From Candidatus Micrarchaeia archaeon (GTDB lineage: Archaea > Micrarchaeota > Micrarchaeia > Burarchaeales > JACRGF01), in assembly GCA_038870455.1 (NCBI GenBank), contig JAWCPB010000001.1, positions 3,734-67,733 on the forward strand: a DNA stretch of 64,000 nucleotides. Direction: 5' to 3'. Positions 8,960-17,640 of the stretch are shown piece after piece. The position numbers and the translations under genes were made by a program. The notes beneath the pieces are model-generated. The model was not told where the DNA came from. It saw only the letters and a program-made list of their open reading frames with translations, and searched no databases. Position 1 is the stretch's first letter; every line of letters begins with the position of its first letter.

Positions 8960-10372
8960 GTGCAGCTCGACAAAAGCAATTTCTCCGAATGGTTTTCGCA
9001 GGTCGTTGAGCAAGCCGACATAATAGACATCCGGTATCCCGTCAAGGGCATGCCCATCTACAAGGGATGGGGTTATGCCGCCCTCCGCGCGTGCTTCAAC
9101 CTCCTCGAAGAGAAGCTCAATGCCTCTGGCCACCAGCAGATGCTATTTCCCCTCCTCATTCCCGAAGACCAGTTCGGCAAGGAAGCCGAGCACATCGCCG
9201 GCTTCGCCGACGAGGTGATGTGGGCCACGCACGCCGGCCTCGAGCGCATGGAGAGGAAGCTCGCCGTGCGCCCCACGAGCGAGACCGTCATGTACCCCAT
9301 GTTCGCGCTGTGGATCCGCTCGCACGCCGACCTTCCCCTGCGCGTGCATCAGACCTGCTGCGTGTACAGGTACGATACGAAAACGACGCGGCCGCTCATC
9401 CGCGGCAGGGAGATTTTCTGGAACGAGGCGCACTGCGTGCACGCGAGCGAGGAGGACGCTGAAAAACAGATTCGCGAGGCGTTCCGCATCTACAGCGAGT
9501 TCTACGCCGCCCTCGGCGTGCCTTTCCTCGCCCTCCGCAGGCCGGAGCACGACAAGTTCCCTGGCGCGGCTTATTCCATCGCGCTCGACGTGCTCATGCC
9601 CGATGGCAAGGTCCTCCAAGCCGCTACCATCCACAACCTGGGCGAGAACTTTTCGCGCGTCTACAGCATAGAGTTCGACGACGAGAAGGGCGGCAAGCAC
9701 TTTGCGAAGCAGACCACTTACGGAATTAGCATGCGGTGCTTGGCCGCGGTCATCGCGGTTCACGGCGACAACAAGGGCCTCGTCCTGCCGCCGGCCATCG
9801 CCCCCGTGCAGGCGGTGATCGTCCCAATCCTGAGCGCCGAAAAGGGAAAAGAAGCCCTCGAAGCCTGCAGGAAGATAGAGGACAGGCTGCGGCGCGCAGG
9901 CATCCGCGTCGCCCTGGACGAGCGCGAGGTCAGGCCGGGCGAGAAGTTTTACCACTGGGAGGGCAGGGGCGTACCCGTACGAATAGAAGTGGGCCCGAAA
10001 GACGTTGCTGCAAGCAAAGCGGTCGTCGCGCTGAGGACGGGCGAAAAGAAGAGCGTGCCGCAGGAGGAGATTGTCGAAGAAGTCAGGAAAGCCTTTGAAA
10101 CAGTTCTCTTCGAATTGCGGAAGAAAGCCGAGGCAGGCCTGCGCGCCCGTCTCTCAACCGCGAGGAATACGGCTGAGCTGAAAAAGGCGATTGAAAAAGC
10201 AGGCGGTTTCGTCAAGGCCGGCTGGTGCGGCGAAGTCGATTGCGCCAACGCGATCCAGGAAGCCACGACTGCAGAAGTGAGGGGCACGGAATTCGGCAAG
10301 CCAAAGGAAAAGAGCGTCTGCATCCACTGCGGCAAAGAAGGTTTTGCCGCGTGGTTCGCCAAAGCCTACTGA
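8960..10372 (+). CDS. proS: prolyl-tRNA synthetase, archaeal/eukaryotic type
   Basis: 470 aa. Class II aaRS motifs, archaeal-type architecture with a C-terminal Zn-binding domain (CIHCGKEG). Confidence 0.93.
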   Translation: MQLDKSNFSEWFSQVVEQADIIDIRYPVKGMPIYKGWGYAALRACFNLLEEKLNASGHQQMLFPLLIPEDQFGKEAEHIAGFADEVMWATHAGLERMERKLAVRPTSETVMYPMFALWIRSHADLPLRVHQTCCVYRYDTKTTRPLIRGREIFWNEAHCVHASEEDAEKQIREAFRIYSEFYAALGVPFLALRRPEHDKFPGAAYSIALDVLMPDGKVLQAATIHNLGENFSRVYSIEFDDEKGGKHFAKQTTYGISMRCLAAVIAVHGDNKGLVLPPAIAPVQAVIVPILSAEKGKEALEACRKIEDRLRRAGIRVALDEREVRPGEKFYHWEGRGVPVRIEVGPKDVAASKAVVALRTGEKKSVPQEEIVEEVRKAFETVLFELRKKAEAGLRARLSTARNTAELKKAIEKAGGFVKAGWCGEVDCANAIQEATTAEVRGTEFGKPKEKSVCIHCGKEGFAAWFAKAY

Positions 10373-10401
10373 TTTTAACCCGTTTCTCCAGAAATAAATT
10401 C

Positions 10402-10525
10402 AGCCCCGTCGTCTAGCGACCCTTTTTCGTCGAAACGAAAAAGCGTCGACGGAAAAAGGTCGGGCAATGGCCAAGGATTCGAGGCTTTGGACCTCGAGAC
10501 GTCGGTTCGAATCCGACCGGGGCTA
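10402..10525 (+). tRNA. tRNA-Gln (anticodon UUG) with ~51-nt intron in the D-loop
   Basis: Acceptor AGCCCCG (10402-08) pairs with CGGGGCT (10518-24); A1:U72 is typical of archaeal tRNA-Gln. D stem GTCT / GGAT. Anticodon arm CGAGG-CTTTGGA-CCTCG with anticodon TTG at 10487-89. T arm GTCGG-TTCGAAT-CCGAC. Removing 10417-10467 (itself a long hairpin) gives a 73-nt mature tRNA. No encoded CCA. Confidence 0.8.
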
Positions 10526-10532
10526 TAACAAG

Positions 10533-11783
10533 TCAGCCGTGCCAAGTCTCTATCCTGAACGGGATCTCGACCGCCTTTTTCCTGAGCTGTTCCTCCACTT
10601 CCATGCGCACTTTCTTCAGCCTCTCCGAGCCCCGGAGTTCCGGTACCTTCTCGAGCAGGAACGTCAGGAAGAGGTGGTTGAATTTCTCAGGGAACTCCAT
10701 CATCGGCATGTGGCCGCAAGCCATCTTGACGAACGTGGCCATGTTGCCGCCGTTCCCGCTGTTTATCACGCTCGCAATCTCTTCTCCATGCCTCCAATGC
10801 ACGAGCACATCGTTGAGCCCGGCCAGCACGAGCGTGGGCGCGTGGATGTCTTTCAGGAAGGGATATAGGTTCATTCTCCTCATCGCCCTGAGCGCCATCG
10901 CCATTGTCTCGACCGGAACCTCCAGCGCCCTCTGCATGAGGAGTTTCAGCTCCTCATTATCCAAGCCGTTCTCACTGTTCCTGAAAACAGTACCAGTTAT
11001 CAGCGAATAGAAGATGCGGCGAAACAGCGCGTTATTCACCAGCCACGTGTTTTTCAACCTATCGATAAACGGCGCGTACTCCAGCTCAAACGAGAGGAGA
11101 TCCACCCACGGCCCCAGCCGCTGCAGGTTGACGGGAAGCGTCTTGAACGGGTCGCCGTAAGGCGCCGAGAGGAGCGCCATCGCGGCGATTTTGTCGCCGT
11201 TGAATTCCTTGTAGAATTCCAGCGCGGTCAGGCCGCCCATCGAATGGCCCACGAGTATGGTCCTCTTTATTCCCTCGCTTTTCAGTATGACCGCCACGTC
11301 CTTCGCGCAATCATGGATGTACGTCGCCGTGGTGCTCGCGCCCAGCTCGGACTCGAAGTGCCCTCTCGTTCTAACCTTTATTATCCTGAAGTGCTTTCCC
11401 AGCAGGGCCGCCTGTTGCCCGTAAATGCTCGGGTAGCAGCCCCAGCCAGGCAGCATCACTATCGCGATATCTGAAACCGGCTTTTTGGGATTGTGATCAG
11501 AGTAGCAAATTCTCGCGCCGTCGTGAGACTTTATCGCCTTCAGCGGGTCGCCGTGCCTCGTTTTTCCGATAACCTCTGGAGTGACCGCACGCACCTCACT
11601 ATCCGGAGCACAGCCCGGCTTCCTCCGGATTGCTGACCTGAAATCTTCCGCTGCCCTCTCAACCCTCAAGAACGCTCTGCGAAAAACCCCATTTCCATTC
11701 TGCGGTTGAAGAAAATTGCTATGCAAACTGGGTGGCGCCCACTCTATGGCAACTCTGCTCTTCGCTGCAGTCCGGCCGCCCAT
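10533..11783 (-). CDS. alpha/beta-hydrolase fold protein
   Basis: Nucleophile elbow GHSMGG, preceded by an oxyanion-hole HGW-like MLPGWG. The true start is probably internal, since the first ~80 codons look non-coding. Confidence 0.7.
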   Translation of the reverse strand: MGGRTAAKSRVAIEWAPPSLHSNFLQPQNGNGVFRRAFLRVERAAEDFRSAIRRKPGCAPDSEVRAVTPEVIGKTRHGDPLKAIKSHDGARICYSDHNPKKPVSDIAIVMLPGWGCYPSIYGQQAALLGKHFRIIKVRTRGHFESELGASTTATYIHDCAKDVAVILKSEGIKRTILVGHSMGGLTALEFYKEFNGDKIAAMALLSAPYGDPFKTLPVNLQRLGPWVDLLSFELEYAPFIDRLKNTWLVNNALFRRIFYSLITGTVFRNSENGLDNEELKLLMQRALEVPVETMAMALRAMRRMNLYPFLKDIHAPTLVLAGLNDVLVHWRHGEEIASVINSGNGGNMATFVKMACGHMPMMEFPEKFNHLFLTFLLEKVPELRGSERLKKVRMEVEEQLRKKAVEIPFRIETWHG

Positions 11784-11859
11784 GAGTAAAATATTCTCAG
11801 AGAAGGTTGTTTATAAAGCTTGCGCTAGGCATTTTTTGCTGCGTCTCTTGCGTAAATTC

Positions 11860-12159
11860 CTATACGCCCTCTGGAATGATTGGAGGGCGCTCATCAGTTC
11901 CCAGCAGGATGTATGTGATGAACTTGTACGCATAGGTGATGTAGAGCGTTATGAACTTGTGCAGCGTAGCATTGCGCTTTGCCAGCAGCAGGATGTGCAG
12001 CCACTGGATGACAAAGCAGACCCACCCCACAAAGCCGAGGACGGCCGTGACGATGTACAGTGGAATGGCCCACAGGAATCGAATGATGAGCTCAAGCCTG
12101 CTGGCCGGCTCGGCATAGCTGACCTCCAACTTCACTGTCTCCATACGACCACCTCGCAC
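11860..12159 (-). CDS. small membrane protein, DUF4389-like
   Basis: Two TM helices. RLELIIRFLWAIPLYIV resembles the DUF4389 family. Confidence 0.45.
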   Translation of the reverse strand: MRGGRMETVKLEVSYAEPASRLELIIRFLWAIPLYIVTAVLGFVGWVCFVIQWLHILLLAKRNATLHKFITLYITYAYKFITYILLGTDERPPIIPEGV

Positions 12160-12170
12160 GCTATTTAACC

Positions 12171-12872
12171 TCAGTCTTTTTCAATCTTCTCTTTTTTCTC
12201 CTCACGCGCGTACTCCTCCATCACACGAATGCTCTTCACCTCTGGGAGAAGCCGCAGGGCATTCGCCACGAAACTCGCCTTGTTGATGAGAAAGTCAGCG
12301 TCTTTCTTTACTTCCGCTGGAAAGGTGACCTCGACTACGTTCCCATCCACCCTGACTTTTCCCCGCAGCTCGTTGTTCTCGAGCAGCGCGTTTATCTTCT
12401 GCTCGAGCGAGGTGAGCTTCTCCACGACTTTTACCTCATAAGACAGCGTCTGGCCGGCCAGCAGGTGGTTGAAGTCCACCATCACCCTGCCCGAGCTCAC
12501 GCTCTTCACCACTGCTGTGGCGTTGTCTATGTTCACGAGCTGGCCTGGGTAGGGCTCGATGCCGCGCCTCTTGAACTCGCTCTCGGGCAGCACGCGCACG
12601 AGACCCGGATCCCTCTGCCCGAAGGCCATGTCCGGGGAAATCTCGACTTTCCTGCTTTCCCCCACCTCCATGCCCTCGAGCGCCTCGTCAAGGCCTTTGA
12701 TCACCGTGCCCCTGCCGACGACAACCAGCCCAGGCGCGTACCGCGCCTTTTCGTCGAAAATGCCCTCCTTCTTGGCCACATCAGCGCTCGTGGTGTCGAA
12801 AACGCGGTTGTCGCCCGCCGTCCTTCCAGTGTATTCTATTCTGATAAAGTCCCCTTTGCCGACTTTCGCCAT
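12171..12872 (-). CDS. FKBP-type peptidyl-prolyl cis-trans isomerase (long archaeal type with IF insert)
   Basis: Matches the archaeal FKBP N-terminus (GDFIRIEYTGR...DGRVFDTT...). The length implies the IF chaperone insert and a C-terminal domain. Confidence 0.85.
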   Translation of the reverse strand: MAKVGKGDFIRIEYTGRTAGDNRVFDTTSADVAKKEGIFDEKARYAPGLVVVGRGTVIKGLDEALEGMEVGESRKVEISPDMAFGQRDPGLVRVLPESEFKRRGIEPYPGQLVNIDNATAVVKSVSSGRVMVDFNHLLAGQTLSYEVKVVEKLTSLEQKINALLENNELRGKVRVDGNVVEVTFPAEVKKDADFLINKASFVANALRLLPEVKSIRVMEEYAREEKKEKIEKD

Positions 12873-12939
12873 TGGAAAACCTCCTTTGCTCTTTTGCCCG
12901 GAAACACAAATAAATGCTTGCTAGGCAATAAACCCCATC

Positions 12940-14127
12940 GTGAGCACGCTGTTTTCGAGAGAGAACATCATCAAAGCCGCAGTCGTTTTGTTCGTCTTGG
13001 CCTTTCTCTTCGAACTGTTCGCCTTCGCCCCGCGGCAGGCAGCTCCCCCTCCTCCCCCTGAGCCCGAGGAGCAGGTCGAGACGGTCGTGGGGGTTGCGCT
13101 CATCAACGCGACAATAACCTCTTACGCGGCTGAGCTCGACGTGTTCGGTTCCTCTCCTGAAATAGATTCCGCAATCAACGAGCTGAGGAAGGAAGGCAAA
13201 ATCCTTTACACGAACAGGCTCTCGCCCAACAGGACGGTGCTCAACCTCGCAGGCTCCTCGCAGGCGGCGGAGGTTGCAGCGAGGCTCGCGCGCACAGGCG
13301 CGAGCGTGCTGGGCCGGGCGAGCGCAATCATTCCCGGGGCCGTCGAATTCACCATCTCAACCGGAACGCTGCTCGCCTCAACGGGCGGCCGCGCCGTTTT
13401 TCCCCTGGACCCGAGAATCGGGGTGGGCGAGAACGTGACCATCCGCATCACCGCGCTCATCCAGCGGGGCGCAGTGGTCCAGACCGACGTCCCACGCGTC
13501 GTCCCGCAGGCCGAGGATGTTCTGCTCACCGCTGACATCAAGAACTTCACCGCGGAAGCCAAGGCCGTGCTCACGCTCGCTTGGGAAAACAGGCTGGTGA
13601 ATGCGCAGGAAATCCTAAAGGGCCTCAACGAAAGCCTGCCTGGCGCGCGCGCCGCAGGCTATTCCCTCATTCCGGCAATCGGGGTGGAGAACGCGAGCGC
13701 TCCGCTCGACGCCCTGCGCAACCTGTCTTTCGTCGTGGGCGTGCAGGAGAACATCGTCACCGTGCAGGACAACTTCACCGACAGGGCGCTCGCCGAAAAA
13801 GAGATTCTCGCCGTTGCCGGCGTGAACGCCTCCCTCGTTTTTCCGGACGCGAGGCTCAACATCTCATTCACCCTGCCCGAGAACGCTAACATCACGGAGC
13901 TGGAGGCGTTGCTGGCCGCCCGCTTTAACGCCACGCGCGCGCGCATCCTGCGCTTTGCCGCGCTCGAGTTGTCCGACAAAGCCGAGGGGCGCGGCGGCCG
14001 CCTGCTCGAGGTTCTCGACAGGAGGGCGAGCGGTTTCGTGGATGCCGACAAGCAGCTCGGGGACTCGGTGCTCGCGGCCGCAAAAGCCAGCGTGGTGGGA
14101 AGCAAGATAGTCAAAGCGGAAATCTGA
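12940..14127 (+). CDS. membrane-anchored extracellular protein, hypothetical (N-glycosylation-sequon rich)
   Basis: N-terminal TM helix, then a Pro-rich linker (PPPPPEPEE), then ~330 aa with >12 N-x-S/T sequons. Confidence 0.5.
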   Translation: MSTLFSRENIIKAAVVLFVLAFLFELFAFAPRQAAPPPPPEPEEQVETVVGVALINATITSYAAELDVFGSSPEIDSAINELRKEGKILYTNRLSPNRTVLNLAGSSQAAEVAARLARTGASVLGRASAIIPGAVEFTISTGTLLASTGGRAVFPLDPRIGVGENVTIRITALIQRGAVVQTDVPRVVPQAEDVLLTADIKNFTAEAKAVLTLAWENRLVNAQEILKGLNESLPGARAAGYSLIPAIGVENASAPLDALRNLSFVVGVQENIVTVQDNFTDRALAEKEILAVAGVNASLVFPDARLNISFTLPENANITELEALLAARFNATRARILRFAALELSDKAEGRGGRLLEVLDRRASGFVDADKQLGDSVLAAAKASVVGSKIVKAEI

Positions 14128-14177
14128 TATCTTTTTATACCCCCTTCCCTCTTTGCTTTCCGGGAGGTGAGCAGAGC

Positions 14178-14438
14178 ATGGCTGAAAGAAAGCAAGTAGG
14201 CGTGGTGAGACACTACTACAACAAGATAGGCGTGGCAGCCATCGACCTCAGCGACGGGCTGAAGGTCGGCGACAAAATCGTCATCGAGGCCAACGAGGGG
14301 CCCGTCGAGCAGGTGGTCTCCAGCATGCAGATAGAGCACAAGGCCGTCGCCAAGGCTTCCGCGGGCCAGAGCGTCGGAATGAAAGTGGCTGCCAGAGTCC
14401 GCGAGGGAGACCCCGTCTTCAAGATTGTTGAGGGTTAA
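14178..14438 (+). CDS. EF-Tu domain-2-like small beta-barrel protein
   Basis: 86 aa. G-x-V-x-xG-x-IxxGD-x-V-x-I pattern typical of translation-factor domain II barrels. Confidence 0.5.
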   Translation: MAERKQVGVVRHYYNKIGVAAIDLSDGLKVGDKIVIEANEGPVEQVVSSMQIEHKAVAKASAGQSVGMKVAARVREGDPVFKIVEG

Positions 14439-14962
14439 GCCAGTTTGTCCCCGCCTGCGACAGCGCGCACGCGCTGCACTCCCTTCACCTCGTCTATGAA
14501 AGAGGCCACTTCAGCCGGCACGAGCCTCCTCCATTCCCTCGTTCCCCTCAGCATGCTCCTCCTTATCCTCGTGGCGTCGAAAGCCTTCCTGTCGAACAGC
14601 GGCGTGCTCCTCACTTCCTTGCCGGCGTCTTCAAAAAGCTTTTTTACGAGAGGGTTGTTGGAATAAACGACTTCATACGCGGGCACGAGGGAATTCACGT
14701 GCGCCACCCACAGCGCGTTGTTCATGATGTCCGGAACAGACAGCACGATGGCGCGGGAGTAGTAGCTGCGTTTGGCGAGCACCCTGACAATCATGTCAAT
14801 CCTCTCGCCCACAGTGAAGGGATTGTCAATGTCATAGCACTTCTGGGAGGAGCCCACGAGCACGATGAGGCGCTCGCACTCCTCTTTCTCAAGAATCCAC
14901 TCGATTGCCTTGAGGTGGCCCGTGTGAAAAGGCTGGAACCTGCCGATGAAAAGCCCCCTCAT
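14435..14962 (-). CDS. nadM: nicotinamide-nucleotide adenylyltransferase (archaeal NadM)
   Basis: MRGLFIGRFQPFHTGHL (the nucleotidyltransferase HxGH motif) aligns with the archaeal NMNAT N-terminus. The start was moved to the M that matches homologues. Confidence 0.88.
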   Translation of the reverse strand: MRGLFIGRFQPFHTGHLKAIEWILEKEECERLIVLVGSSQKCYDIDNPFTVGERIDMIVRVLAKRSYYSRAIVLSVPDIMNNALWVAHVNSLVPAYEVVYSNNPLVKKLFEDAGKEVRSTPLFDRKAFDATRIRRSMLRGTREWRRLVPAEVASFIDEVKGVQRVRAVAGGDKLA

Positions 14963-15013
14963 GGCCCTCTCTTGGTAGCGCATAATTAAAAAGTTTGGTG
15001 GGGAGAAAAAATC

Positions 15014-15949
15014 ATGGAAAGGCGTGTTTTCGCCCTGCTGGCCGCAGCGCTGCTGACCGGTTGCCTCGGCATCCAGCTTCCCTTCCTCGGAGGCGAGCCC
15101 AACCTCGTTCCCTCAAAGGCGGACTTCGTGCTCACCCTGCGCATCGGCGACATCGTCAGCGACCCTGATATCCTCAAGCTCCTCAACAAGAGCGGAACCG
15201 AGTTCGAGGCCGAACTCCGCCAGGCCGAGAGCGAGACGGGCATCGACGCGAGGAAGGTGGGCAAGCTCATCATCTTCGGCAGGACCCGCGCGGGCCAGCC
15301 CTACACGGGCACCATCGCATCCGGCCAGATCGACCAGCAGGCTTTCGTCTCGAAGGCGAGGGCCGGAAAAGCCGTGGTCGAACAGACGTACCAGGGCTAC
15401 ACGATCTACGTAGAGCCCAAGCCCCCTGGAAATGTTTTCGCATTCATCGACGGCGTTCTCGTCTCTGGAACGCGCGAAGCCGTGCAGGACGTCATTGACG
15501 TGAAGAGGGGAGCGGCCAGGCCGTTCGACAGCGAGCAGGCGAACGAGGCAGCCGACAGGGTTGACAGGAACGCGAAGGCATTCCTCATCATGCTGGGAGA
15601 GGCCGCGCCAGCCGCGCCCATTCCCGGCACACAGGGCCTGCCGGCGCAGGCGATCGCCCTCTCGCTCGACAAGCAGGGAGGCAGTGTCGCAATCAAGGCG
15701 GCAGTTCTCGCGAACGACTCCGCGGCGGCCAGCCGCGCTTTCAACTCCATCAACGGAGGCGTTTCTCTGCTGAGGGCCCTCTCCGAGCCCGGCAGCGCGC
15801 GCGAGCGCTTCTTAAACCAAATACGGGTCGAGGCGCAGGGGAATTTCGTTCTCGTGGACATTGCGACCACGGTGGCCGACCTCGAGGCTTTCGGGGGCGA
15901 TATGGCCAGGCGGCCAGCCGCGCCAACGCCATCGCCGCAGGCGCGGTAG
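15014..15949 (+). CDS. secreted lipoprotein-like protein, hypothetical
   Basis: Signal peptide with lipobox-like LTGC. Confidence 0.5.
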   Translation: MERRVFALLAAALLTGCLGIQLPFLGGEPNLVPSKADFVLTLRIGDIVSDPDILKLLNKSGTEFEAELRQAESETGIDARKVGKLIIFGRTRAGQPYTGTIASGQIDQQAFVSKARAGKAVVEQTYQGYTIYVEPKPPGNVFAFIDGVLVSGTREAVQDVIDVKRGAARPFDSEQANEAADRVDRNAKAFLIMLGEAAPAAPIPGTQGLPAQAIALSLDKQGGSVAIKAAVLANDSAAASRAFNSINGGVSLLRALSEPGSARERFLNQIRVEAQGNFVLVDIATTVADLEAFGGDMARRPAAPTPSPQAR

Positions 15950-16004
15950 CACGGACAGGCGCGGGTTTAAATACCACTTCCGACTATAAAAAATAACTAA
16001 TTCT

Positions 16005-16832
16005 GTGGTTCAAATGATTGATGAGAAAGAATTTGACGCGCTCACGCCCAAAAACCGCCCCTACGCTAGCGAGCCGACTGGCAAACTCGTGAACATGTTT
16101 TTTGCACAGGGGGAGTCTGTGGGGGCGGTCGTTTCAGAGCTCGCGGTCAGGGCAAGAAAGGGGGACAACGCTGCACTCGGAGGGCTTCTCCTGGCTCTCC
16201 AGAAAGAGAACAAGAAGCTGAGCCGGCTGGCTGCTAAGGCGCTTGGGTTGGTCGGCAAGCCCGCGCTCGACAGAATCCTGTCCACCGAACTTCTTGATCC
16301 CAGCAAGCGCGAGGGCAGCGTTAGGGACGCCGCGCTCGCCGCGCTCGCCGAGATAGGCAAAAACGACTGGAACGCGTTCGTCGAAAAGCTGTTCGTCATA
16401 GTGTCTGAGGGCAAGATCTCAAACAATCTGACCGGGCTGATTGAAGCAACCGTGCTCATCGCCCTCGCCACGGAGGAAAAAACCGCCCGCGAGGCCGTCA
16501 GCGCGTTGATGTTCGCATCGGAGCATCCAGAGCAGCTGGTCAGCGCCAACATTTTGGACAATTTGAAGGCTATTGCCGATGCGAGGAAAGAGTTCGAGCC
16601 CTCCGTGGATGACTTCATCAAAGCCAAAGCAAAACGCGAGGAAGAGGCGGCGCGGGAGAAACAGCGGATTCTAGAGAAAAACGCGAACGGCTCTGTGGCG
16701 ATCGCCCGCGTGCCCATAGTCAAAGTGCCGGGAGTGCCGAAAAACGGAACAGTCGTCCCAATCGAAGACGAGAAGCCCGCGGGAAAAGTCGTCCACATCG
16801 AGCAAGCCCGCGCGAGAAAGGCGGCAAAGTAA
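16005..16832 (+). CDS. HEAT-repeat protein, hypothetical
   Basis: Repeated A..ALG.IG / AA.ALG..G units, with a K/E-rich tail. Confidence 0.5.
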   Translation: MVQMIDEKEFDALTPKNRPYASEPTGKLVNMFFAQGESVGAVVSELAVRARKGDNAALGGLLLALQKENKKLSRLAAKALGLVGKPALDRILSTELLDPSKREGSVRDAALAALAEIGKNDWNAFVEKLFVIVSEGKISNNLTGLIEATVLIALATEEKTAREAVSALMFASEHPEQLVSANILDNLKAIADARKEFEPSVDDFIKAKAKREEEAAREKQRILEKNANGSVAIARVPIVKVPGVPKNGTVVPIEDEKPAGKVVHIEQARARKAAK

Positions 16833-16867
16833 CAGGCTTTAATAGTTTCTCCAACAAATTACTTTCC

Positions 16868-17048
16868 GGGCCGGTAGATCAGCGGTAAAACCCTTTTCCG
16901 ACGCTTCGGAAAAGCGTTTACGGAAAAGGTTTCGCGTGAGATCGCCGCCTTCGCATGCCTCTCTGGGATCAGAAAAAGGCGGAGGCCAGGGGTTCAAACC
17001 GAACCGCGGGAACTAGTCCGGCGGTTGGTGAAAATCCCCTCCGGTCCA
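16868..17048 (+). tRNA. tRNA-Ala (anticodon CGC) with three introns (D-loop, anticodon loop 37/38, T-loop)
   Basis: Acceptor GGGCCGG / CCGGTCC with the G3:U70 Ala identity pair. D stems GATC (16877-80 and 16940-43). Anticodon arm CCGCC-TTCGCA[21-nt intron 16956-16976]A-GGCGG. Variable AGGCC. T arm AGGGG-TTCAAA[~36-nt intron 16999-17034]T-CCCCT. The D-loop carries an ~50-nt insert (about 16887-16936). The spliced product is near-identical in its stems to canonical archaeal tRNA-Ala. Confidence 0.75.
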
Positions 17049-17205
17049 CACGCGCTTCATGCGCTCCTTTTGTCAGTAGTTTTCTATGCCGTATGGACTC
17101 GTCTGCCTCCACTTGCCTGGAAGGCATACAAGGAAGAGGAATTCACTCCGCCGAAAATAACGAAATTGCTCTGGCTCACAGCCAGCCATCCCCAGCAAAT
17201 CGTCC

Positions 17206-17478
17206 TTAGGACTTTCTTTTCACGAACAACCCGCACCAGCACCTGCCCCAATTGCTCCACGCTTCCTGTATCTTGAAGTTGCACGGGCACAGGAGCTCCA
17301 GGTCCTTTTGCTTGTCCCCGCTCGTCAGCCTGCACGGGCAGTACTTGAGGCCTTTTGTCTTCTCCAGGGCAAAAACCCCTTTTACAATAAACTCGACGTG
17401 CGCGCTGTCCGGGTTGAGCTCGAAGTCCTTTCCTTCGGTAAATCCCTTGAGGAGCTCAAGCCACTCGATTTCATTCAC
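17206..17478 (-). CDS. ferredoxin:thioredoxin reductase catalytic-subunit-like protein (FTR-like)
   Basis: 90 aa with CPCR...CPC...CWC Cys arrangement, like FTR catalytic chain / FDR. GTG start 6 nt after the stop of the upstream rubredoxin-like ORF, in the same frame. Confidence 0.7.
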   Translation of the reverse strand: MNEIEWLELLKGFTEGKDFELNPDSAHVEFIVKGVFALEKTKGLKYCPCRLTSGDKQKDLELLCPCNFKIQEAWSNWGRCWCGLFVKRKS

Positions 17479-17484
17479 TTGAGC

Positions 17485-17640
17485 TCACCCAGCCACTTGC
17501 TCGATGATCGCCATCGCCTCCTCCTTTGTCACTTCGATGTAGGCGTTTTTCGCCCCGCACGTGGGGCAGATTTCTGGCGGCATGCGGCCCACATGCACGT
17601 CGCCGCAGACGGTGCAGCGGAAGAATTTTTTCGCAGGCAT
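17485..17640 (-). CDS. rubredoxin-like zinc-ribbon protein (51 aa)
   Basis: Manual translation: MPAKKFFRCTVCGDVHVGRMPPEICPTCGAKNAYIEVTKEEAMAIIEQVAG, with CxxC...CxxC. Below the ORF-track length cutoff. A TATA-like TTAAATAAAA lies ~25 nt upstream. Confidence 0.6.
   Translation of the reverse strand: MPAKKFFRCTVCGDVHVGRMPPEICPTCGAKNAYIEVTKEEAMAIIEQVAG

Noticed and set aside
8917-9133. Upstream 73-codon extension of the small secreted ORF (ORF-track start 9133)
   Set aside because: It would overlap the proS start codon and upstream region on the opposite strand. The internal Met gives a clean signal peptide.
10467-10868. 133-aa plus-strand ORF overlapping the tRNA-Gln 3' half
   Set aside because: It starts inside the tRNA gene and runs antisense into the alpha/beta hydrolase, so it was treated as spurious.
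16955-17276. ORFs 16955-17209 and 17025-17276 overlapping tRNA-Ala
   Set aside because: They overlap a well-supported tRNA and its introns and have no protein motifs.
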